Source of the DNA: Candidatus Eiseniibacteriota bacterium
Lineage (GTDB): Bacteria; Eisenbacteria; RBG-16-71-46; JACRLI01
Assembly: GCA_016235265.1 (NCBI GenBank)
Contig: JACRLI010000015.1
Span: 133,335 to 197,334, forward strand
Direction: 5' to 3'
Length of the DNA stretch: 64,000 nt
Shown here: positions 29,790 through 36,657 of the stretch, piece by piece
Layout of the letters: every line of letters begins with the position of its first letter
Position numbering within the stretch: the first letter of the stretch is position 1
Position numbers and translations under genes: made by a program
The notes under the pieces: model-generated
Database searches by the model: none
The model's input: the letters and a program-made list of their open reading frames with translations, nothing else
What the model was told of the DNA's origin: nothing

Positions 29790-29813
29790 GCCGTCCTCTC
29801 TTGGCACGGGCGC

Positions 29814-31214
29814 CTAACCGCCCGTCAAACTGGACAGCTGTGACTGCCGGTCTGCCAGCGAGTTGGCAAGATCCTGAAGTCGGGCAAACTGCGCCACGAG
29901 CTGTTTCCGCCTGCGATCCAGGCGATCTTCCAATCCCGCCTTCCTGGCGTCGAGTGAAGCGGACAGGTCGTCGAGAGCTCGGGTCTCGAGGCGAAGCCTG
30001 CCGCCGGTTGAGGTGAAGTCGTCGACCAGGGTGTAGAGCCGCGAGGCGACTCCGTTGCTTCCCGCGAATACCGCCACGACCTGCGCCGGGTTGGCGTCGA
30101 GCGCCGCGGCGAGCTTGCTTTCGTCGGTGACCGAGAGCGTGCCGTCCTGGGCCGCGTCGATGCCCAGGTCGTACAGCCCCGCCGGGGCGCCGGCCGACAC
30201 TCCGTCCACCCGCCCGCCGGTGATGTCGCGCAGGTCGCCGCGCAGCGAACCGAACGAGCTGTTTCCGGACAGCGGGCCGCGGGTCTTGCCGTCATCGGAG
30301 ATGGCGCTCTTGGCCCGCACGTAGCCCAGCACGGCGTTGTACTTGGTGATGAAGTCGTCCACGACCTTCCGCGTGGCGGTGCCGTCGGCGGCGACCGTGA
30401 AGCTCACCGGGGTGGCGCTCTTCGCGTTGAGCGTGAGCGTGACCCCGGAGAGCACGTTGGCCACCTGGTTGCTGGCCGACGACAGGTCGAGCCCGTCCAG
30501 GTTGAAGGCCGCGTCCCTGGCCTGCTGGATGGTGGCCGCCGAGTACGAGGAGGACGTGGAGGCCCCCTGGATGCCCAGCTGGGCCGCCAGGCCGCCGGTG
30601 GCGTCCGCCACGTTGGCGACCAGGTTCTCCACGCCGGTCTTGGTGGACTGCAGCACCAGCCGGCGCGTGCCGGCGGCGGCGTCGGTGGTGATCACGGAGG
30701 CGCTGGCGCCGATGCCGGCCGCGTTCACGGCCTGCGCGATCGTCGAGAGCGCGGTGTCGTCGCTGAGCCCCGCGCCCAGGGTCACCTGGATGCGGGTGGT
30801 CGTGCCGCCCACCGTGATGTCGAAGGCGTAGTCGCCGGCCGCGAAGTCGGTGGCCGACTTGTTGAAGCTGCCGCTGCCCAGCATGTGCGACTGGGCCAGC
30901 TCGGTGACCGTCACCTGGTGGGTGCCGCGGGCCGCGCCCGCGGCCGCCGTGGCGCTGACCACCTGGGCGTTGGAGTTGGTGACGCTGAAGCCCAGCAGCG
31001 GGGAGAGCGTGCCGGTGCCGCGCAGGCCGTCCACCGCCGTGCGCAGGTCCGAGAGCATCTTCCCGATGTCGCTGAGGATGCCACGCGTCACGTCCAGCTG
31101 GGAGCGGCGCGCGATCAGCTTGTTGATCGGGCCGCGTTCCAGCTGCAGGAGCTGCTCGATCTGGGTGGCGAACTTGCCCCCCGATGTGGAGCTCACGCTG
31201 GACGTGGTGGCCAT
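29814..31214 (-). CDS. fliD: Flagellar filament cap protein FliD (HAP2)
   Basis: 466 aa; FliD N-terminal coiled coil (TSGGKFATQIEQLLQLERGPINKL) and C-terminal FliD domain. Confidence 0.88.
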   Translation of the reverse strand: MATTSSVSSTSGGKFATQIEQLLQLERGPINKLIARRSQLDVTRGILSDIGKMLSDLRTAVDGLRGTGTLSPLLGFSVTNSNAQVVSATAAAGAARGTHQVTVTELAQSHMLGSGSFNKSATDFAAGDYAFDITVGGTTTRIQVTLGAGLSDDTALSTIAQAVNAAGIGASASVITTDAAAGTRRLVLQSTKTGVENLVANVADATGGLAAQLGIQGASTSSSYSAATIQQARDAAFNLDGLDLSSASNQVANVLSGVTLTLNAKSATPVSFTVAADGTATRKVVDDFITKYNAVLGYVRAKSAISDDGKTRGPLSGNSSFGSLRGDLRDITGGRVDGVSAGAPAGLYDLGIDAAQDGTLSVTDESKLAAALDANPAQVVAVFAGSNGVASRLYTLVDDFTSTGGRLRLETRALDDLSASLDARKAGLEDRLDRRRKQLVAQFARLQDLANSLADRQSQLSSLTGG

Positions 31215-31236
31215 GGTGCTTCCTCCCCCCGCGGCG

Positions 31237-31596
31237 TCAGGCCGCGGTGGACATTCCGGCTTCCTTGCCGGTCAGGGCCGCGTGGCGGCTCTCTTCCATC
31301 GCCTGCTTCCACGCGTCGCGGAGGCAGGAGAGGATGCGTTCGGGCTGCTCGAAGCGGTTTTCCCGGACTTCGCGCAGGGCGTAGTCGTACAGCACCAGGA
31401 AGTTGCCCGCGACGGGCTGGTTGAAGTCGAGCGCCGCGATCAGCTCGGTGAGCACGTCGCGCACCAGCGACCGGTCCTGCTTGCGGCAGCCCTTCAGTCC
31501 CAGGTCGTAGGCCGCGAGCACGAGTTCCTGCGGGTTGCGGCTCAGGAGGTCGTGCTCGACGTAACGGCGGCTGCTGGAGTCCAGGTTCGACGGCAA
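31237..31596 (-). CDS. fliS: Flagellar export chaperone FliS (TTG start)
   Basis: 119 aa; FliS four-helix signature (ELVLAAYDLGLKG...AGNFLVLYDYALREV). Confidence 0.85.
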   Translation of the reverse strand: MPSNLDSSSRRYVEHDLLSRNPQELVLAAYDLGLKGCRKQDRSLVRDVLTELIAALDFNQPVAGNFLVLYDYALREVRENRFEQPERILSCLRDAWKQAMEESRHAALTGKEAGMSTAA

Positions 31597-31628
31597 AGGG
31601 GGCCTCGCTGCGTTGGTGTTGCTTCCGT

Positions 31629-31728
31629 TGATCCCGGGACCTCATCCCGGGTCTCTCATCCCCGGTTTCCCTTCCCCGGGCTTCCCATCCCGGGTCCGTG
31701 ATTCCGGGTTTCCGGCGGTCCCGGCGGG
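31629..31728. repeat. Seven tandem imperfect 13-15 bp repeats with CCCGGG/CCCCGG cores in the fliC-fliS intergenic region
   Basis: Read directly: TGATCCCGGGACC / TCATCCCGGGTCT / CTCATCCCCGGTTTCC / CTTCCCCGGGCTTCC / CATCCCGGGTCCG / TGATTCCGGGTTTCC / GGCGGTCCCGGCGGG. Confidence 0.8.
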
Positions 31729-31803
31729 GGCCCTTCGGCCCCCGCCGGGCGCACGGATTCGTCACGGGATCCTCAAAGAAGGGATCCCAGGCCCGGTCCC
31801 GGC

Positions 31804-32643
31804 CTAGCGGAACAGGGCCAGCAGCGCCTGCGAGTTCACGTTCGCCTGGGCGAGCACGGACGTGGACGTCTGCTGCAGGATCTGGTCGCGGACCACCAGC
31901 ATCTGCTCGTGGGCCACGTCGGCGTCCATGATTCGGCTGTAGGCCGCCTCGGTGTTGGTGATGGCCACCGCGATCACGTCTTCCTTGACGGTGAACCGGT
32001 TGGTCAGCGATCCCACGGTGGTCAGGCCGGAGTTGACCGTGGCCAGCGCGGAGGTCACTTCCTGCAGGTACGTGGAGTAGTTGCTGCTGTTGATGACGGT
32101 GCCCGAGGTGAGGCCGCTCATCTGCGTCATCGCCAGCGCGGTCGCCGAGTAGTTGCCCGACGTGAAGGCGGTCTGGCTGCCCTCGCCCGTCTGGAAGGTG
32201 AAGGTCACCGCGCTCGCCAGCAGGGACACACCGTTGAACGAGGTGTCGCTGGCGATGCTGTTGATTTCGTTCGTCAGCTGGGTCAGCTGCGCCGAGATCG
32301 CCTGCCGCTCGGTGGTGCCCAGGGAGTCCGAGGCCGCCTTCAGGATCTTGGACGACATCTCGGAGAGCACGTCCTTCATCTTCTCGAGGCCGCCCTCGGC
32401 GACGCCGATGAGGTTCTTCGCCTCACCCAGGTTGTCCATCACCTGGTTGAGGTTACGATTCCGGATGTCCAGCTTGCTGGCGATGGTCAGACCCGCGGGG
32501 TCGTCACCGGCCTCGTTGATCCGCTTTCCGGTCGCCAGGCGCAGCTGGTGGACAGCCAGGTCGCGGCTCACACCACGCAGGGCCTGCAGGATGTTCAAGC
32601 TCTGGATGTTGGACCGGATCCGTGAAATGTCCGAAGACGCCAT
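31804..32643 (-). CDS. fliC: Flagellin FliC (short, 279 aa)
   Basis: Conserved flagellin N-terminus (RIRSNIQSLNILQALRGVSRDLAVHQLRLATGKRINEAGDDPAGLTIASKL) and C-terminus (LAQANVNSQALLALFR); AAGGAG RBS. Confidence 0.93.
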   Translation of the reverse strand: MASSDISRIRSNIQSLNILQALRGVSRDLAVHQLRLATGKRINEAGDDPAGLTIASKLDIRNRNLNQVMDNLGEAKNLIGVAEGGLEKMKDVLSEMSSKILKAASDSLGTTERQAISAQLTQLTNEINSIASDTSFNGVSLLASAVTFTFQTGEGSQTAFTSGNYSATALAMTQMSGLTSGTVINSSNYSTYLQEVTSALATVNSGLTTVGSLTNRFTVKEDVIAVAITNTEAAYSRIMDADVAHEQMLVVRDQILQQTSTSVLAQANVNSQALLALFR

Positions 32644-32784
32644 TGGGAGATGACTCCTTGTGGTGCTTCACCATCCGTGGCGAAGCGGGTTTCCATACCC
32701 GAGGGTCTCGCAAGATCCCTCTGCGTTCGGGGATCCCATCGCCGGGCCGAGCTCCTCACCGGGGATCCAACCGTCTGGACTGGG

Positions 32785-32812
32785 TTTTCGGCATTACTCG
32801 CAGGAACTTTAG
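32785..32812 (-). promoter_or_regulatory. Sigma28 (FliA) promoter for fliC
   Basis: Minus strand reads TAAAGTT-N-GCCGAAAA with an exact 15-nt spacer between TAAA and GCCGAAAA (consensus TAAA-N15-GCCGATAA); about 140 nt upstream of the fliC ATG. Confidence 0.75.
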
Positions 32813-32937
32813 CCGGGCGGACCCCGGCGCGCCGCCGGGGTGCGGGAAGTGCCGGCGGACCGCGGTGCCGGGCCCGCGCGCACCCTCCGACCGGCCTCGT
32901 GGTGGGCGCCCGGCCAATCCGGCGGGCGCCGGCGCAA

Positions 32938-35829
32938 TCAGGCGGCTGCCCGCCCGGCCAGCGAGGGATCCGCGGCCAGGGCGCGCTCGTACGCCCCGGC
33001 GGCTTCGTCCTCGCGCCCCGCGGCCAGCAGCGCCAGGGCGTACTGCGACAGCAGCTGCGCGTCCGAAGCGTGCTGGGGCGTGAGCCTCTCGAACACCTTG
33101 AGACTCTCCGCCACGCGCCCCGCTTCCCGCAGCGCCACCGCACGCAGGAACTCGGTGTGCGGGTCGCCGCTGTCCTCGCGGAAGAGCTCCTCGAGCAATT
33201 CCAGCGCCTCGCCGGGCAGGTGGGCCCGGATCCGGGCGGCCGCCACGCGCGTGCGCAGTTCCCGCGGCGCCCCGACCACGCCCAGCGCGGCCAGCTCCAG
33301 GTCCCGCCCCTCGCGTTCCATCTGCTCGGCGATCCGCAGCGTGCACTGCCACGCGTTGTGCCGCGCGGGCTGAAGACCCGGGTCCAGCGACAGGGCGCGG
33401 TCGAAGGACTGCAGGGCCTCGCCGTAGCGTCCCGACTGGTACAGGGCGTTGCCCAGGTTGTAGCGGGCCAGCGCGGACTCCGGCTGCAGTTCCGCCGCGC
33501 GCATGTATTCGCGCACGGCCTCCCCGAAGCGGCCCAGGTAGTAGAGGCAGTTTCCGTGGTCCAGGCGCAGCGGGCCCTCGTCCAGGCTCTCCTCGCATGC
33601 CAGGCCCTGTCCCGAGGCCAGCAGCCTCCCCAGCAACTCCGCCGCGACCTGGTAGTCGCGCCCCATGAACTCGATGCCCGCGCGCAGGTAGGTCACCAGC
33701 GCGCTGTTCGGGCGGGCGGCCTCGGCCTCGTCCAGGTGGGAGCGGGCGGTCTCCCGGTTGCCCTCCGCGAGCGCGATCTGCGCCAGCTTGACGTGCGCCA
33801 GCGACAGGGCCTCGGGCGGCAGCGAGCGCCCGTGCAGCGAGGCCTCCAGCGGGATCACCGCGTCGGCGTTGCGTCCCAGCGCGAAGAGGGTCACGCCCAG
33901 ATGGAACAACAGGAACCGGTCCCCCGGACGTTCCGCGATCTCCCGGTGCAGCAGTCTCAGGTTGCGCTCCTGCTTGACGCGCAGCGTCTGCGCGTCCAGG
34001 CCGTAACCCGCGTGCAGGATGCGGATGTTGCTCCGCGCCAGCCGCGCCCCCCCCCGCACCAGCGAGGGAAGCACCTGCTCGTGCACCCGGCCCTCGAAGG
34101 CCACGCCCGGGAGCTTGCGGAACACGCGGCAGTAATGGTGGGACACCCCGCTCACCGCCTCGCCGTCGCGCATGCGGTTGGCGATCACCACCTCGGCCGC
34201 GTCCCAGCGCCCGCCGCGGAGCAGGGCCCGGAGTTCGTCCACGGAATCGGGGTCCAGCTCCTCGTCCGCATCCAGCACCAGCACCCACGGGCCCCGGGCG
34301 TGGGACAGCGCCAGGTTGCGCGGCGCGGAGAAGTCATCGTCCCAGGTGGTCGTGATCACCGCGGCGCCCATCGCGCGGGCCAGGTCGGGCGTGCCGTCCA
34401 CCGAGCCGGTGTCCACGACCACGATCTCATCAGCCACGCCGCGCACGCTGGCCAGCGCGCGCTCCAGCGAAGGCCGCGCGTCCCGCACGATCATGCACAC
34501 GCTCAGGTCCGCCCCGGTGACGCGGCTGCCGGAGACCAGCTCATCCTCGTCCATGGTCTCCTGCAACCGCAGCAGCTCGGCGTTTCCCGGCACGTGGGCC
34601 GCGCCCGACGCCAGCGCGGCGCGCGCCTCGTGGGGCCGGCCCAGCCCCATCAGCACGCGGGCCAGGGCCAGGTGCCCTTCGGGCAGGTGCGGTGTGAGCC
34701 GGGTGGCCTTCTCCAGGTGGGCCCGGGCGCTCTCCAGCTCCCCGGCCACCTCATCCAGCGACGCCAACTCCAGCAGCGCCTCCGCGGAGTTGGGCTGCAG
34801 GCGCAGCGCCGCCTCCAGGTGGGCGCGGGCGCGCGCCGGGTAGCCGCGGATCCGCTCGCACAGGGCCAGCTGCACGCGCACGTGCACCGGCTCGGCGTGG
34901 AAGTCCATCACCGCGTCGCTGGGCGGGGGCGGGGATTCCAGCAGCGAGGTCAGGATTTCCGCCGCGCGGGTGGGGTCGCCCGAGCGGCGGGCGGCCTCCG
35001 CCCGCAGCAACATCCCGCACTGCGTCCGGTCGTCCTCGCCGATCGCCTCCAGGGCCTCGGCGTTTCGCCCCGTCTCCAGGGCGCAGATGCACAGGTTCCA
35101 GTGCGCCTGCTGCAGGAACTCCGCTGGCAGCGGCGCCTCGAGCAGCCTGCGGAACAGGCCCCGGGCGCGCTCGTACTCGCCCATTGCCATCAGCGCGTTG
35201 GCGAGGTTGCGTTGCACCATGGGATCGTCGGAGCGCAGCCGCGCCTCCTCCTCCACGATGGCCAGGTTCCGCGCGCGGCGGGCCGGCTCGCGCTGCGGGT
35301 CGGCGTAACCGAGGTGGCGGATCACCACCGGGACGCGCTGGGCCGCCGCCGCCAGGGGCCCGTCCGGCCCGATCACCTGCTCGTGGAGCGCTCCCTCGAA
35401 GCGCACTCCCGGGAGGCGGCGGAAGACGCGGGGATAGTAGTGGGACAGCCACACTCCGGAATGGCGGTGCCGGGCCTCGCTCTCGATCCGCAGGCACATC
35501 GCCGGGAGGTACTCATCGGCATTTTCCAGGAACCGGCGCAGCCGCGCGCCGTTGAAGAAGTCGATGCGCTCGTCGGCGTCCAGGTACAGCACCCAGTCCC
35601 CGGTCGCCTGCGCCAGCGACGCGTTCCGTGCGGCGGCGAAATCGCCGGTCCACGCGAACCCGGACACCCGCGCGCCGGCGTCCCTCGCGATCTGCGCGGT
35701 GCGGTCGGTGGAGCCGGTGTCCACGACGATCATCTCGTCCACGAACTCGGAGGCCATCGCGAGGCACTCGCGCATGTGGACCTCCTCGTTCTTGACGATC
35801 ATGCACAGCGAAAGCCGGACCTCGGGCAC
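32938..35829 (-). CDS. Tandem-duplicated GT2 glycosyltransferase-TPR protein (two GT2 plus TPR modules), 963 aa
   Basis: Two copies of the family-2 glycosyltransferase DxD core (LSLCMIVKNEE...VVDTGSTDRT...LYLDADE and LSVCMIVRDARP...VVDTGSVDGT...LVLDADE), each followed by TPR repeats. Confidence 0.8.
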   Translation of the reverse strand: MPEVRLSLCMIVKNEEVHMRECLAMASEFVDEMIVVDTGSTDRTAQIARDAGARVSGFAWTGDFAAARNASLAQATGDWVLYLDADERIDFFNGARLRRFLENADEYLPAMCLRIESEARHRHSGVWLSHYYPRVFRRLPGVRFEGALHEQVIGPDGPLAAAAQRVPVVIRHLGYADPQREPARRARNLAIVEEEARLRSDDPMVQRNLANALMAMGEYERARGLFRRLLEAPLPAEFLQQAHWNLCICALETGRNAEALEAIGEDDRTQCGMLLRAEAARRSGDPTRAAEILTSLLESPPPPSDAVMDFHAEPVHVRVQLALCERIRGYPARARAHLEAALRLQPNSAEALLELASLDEVAGELESARAHLEKATRLTPHLPEGHLALARVLMGLGRPHEARAALASGAAHVPGNAELLRLQETMDEDELVSGSRVTGADLSVCMIVRDARPSLERALASVRGVADEIVVVDTGSVDGTPDLARAMGAAVITTTWDDDFSAPRNLALSHARGPWVLVLDADEELDPDSVDELRALLRGGRWDAAEVVIANRMRDGEAVSGVSHHYCRVFRKLPGVAFEGRVHEQVLPSLVRGGARLARSNIRILHAGYGLDAQTLRVKQERNLRLLHREIAERPGDRFLLFHLGVTLFALGRNADAVIPLEASLHGRSLPPEALSLAHVKLAQIALAEGNRETARSHLDEAEAARPNSALVTYLRAGIEFMGRDYQVAAELLGRLLASGQGLACEESLDEGPLRLDHGNCLYYLGRFGEAVREYMRAAELQPESALARYNLGNALYQSGRYGEALQSFDRALSLDPGLQPARHNAWQCTLRIAEQMEREGRDLELAALGVVGAPRELRTRVAAARIRAHLPGEALELLEELFREDSGDPHTEFLRAVALREAGRVAESLKVFERLTPQHASDAQLLSQYALALLAAGREDEAAGAYERALAADPSLAGRAAA

Positions 35830-35859
35830 GGTGTTCCTCCTCGATGCGCGCGGCGGCCG

Positions 35860-36657
35860 CTACGCCGCCCGCTGCGCCGTCTCCAGCCGCCGGAGCAGGC
35901 TGGGCAGCAGCGCCAGCTCCGGGTTGCGCCATTTCTGCTGGAACAGGGCGCGGTTGCGTTCGATCAACGCCATGTAGTCCACGCCCTCGGCGCGGAATGT
36001 GGCGCTGCCCTCGTGGTGCACGAAGCAGCTTTCCACCACCAGGCACTTCAGGCCCAGCAGGCGGGTCCTCAGGCAGTAGTCGTCGTCCTCGAAGTTGCCG
36101 ATCCCGAAGCGCTCGTCCCATTCGCCCACGGCGTCGGCCGTCTCCCGGGTGAAGGCGAGGCAGAAACCCACCAATCGCTCCACCTCGCGCACCGCGCCGA
36201 AGCGCGTGGCGGCCAGGGTGCGGGCCACGCCGTCGGGCCCGCCGCTGCGCGCGTAGTCCACCGGGACGCACTGCGCACCGGAGCAGTTGTTGGTGAGCGG
36301 GCCCGCCAGCCCCGCGCCGGGCAACGCCAGCGCCTCGTGCAGCTCCTCCAGCCAGCCCGGAGTGACCTGCACGTCGCTGTTGAGCAGCACCAGCGTCCCG
36401 CCGCGGGAAGCGTCCACCAGCTGGTTGACGGCAGCCGCGAAGCCGCGGTTCCCGGGATTCACGATCAGGCGCACGTCGCGGCCGGCGAGGTCCTCGCGCA
36501 CGTCCGCGCGGGAGCCGTTGTCCACGATCACGATCTCGTGGGGCTGCCGGGTGTGGCGGCCGATGCTCTCGAGAGCCAGCCGCAGCAGCGGCAGCTGGTT
36601 CCATACCGGCACCAGGATGGACGTGAGCCGGGGTTCGATTCCGCGTTCAACCGGCAA
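35860..36657 (-). CDS. GT2-family glycosyltransferase (probable TTG start overlapping upstream stop)
   Basis: About 265 aa; TSILVPVWNQ...IVIVDNGS...LNSDV...FGIGNFEDDDYCLR family-2 GT motifs. Confidence 0.7.
   Translation of the reverse strand: MPVERGIEPRLTSILVPVWNQLPLLRLALESIGRHTRQPHEIVIVDNGSRADVREDLAGRDVRLIVNPGNRGFAAAVNQLVDASRGGTLVLLNSDVQVTPGWLEELHEALALPGAGLAGPLTNNCSGAQCVPVDYARSGGPDGVARTLAATRFGAVREVERLVGFCLAFTRETADAVGEWDERFGIGNFEDDDYCLRTRLLGLKCLVVESCFVHHEGSATFRAEGVDYMALIERNRALFQQKWRNPELALLPSLLRRLETAQRAA

Noticed and set aside
29796-29812. TGGCAC hexamer on the + strand near the fliD/flaG junction
   Set aside because: No TTGC at -12 with proper spacing, and the orientation is opposite to all neighbouring genes.
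32823-32841. CCCCGGCG-CGC-CGCCGGGG hairpin at the end of the glycosyltransferase operon
   Set aside because: Loop too small and no U tract. Noted only as a possible weak barrier just upstream of the fliC promoter.
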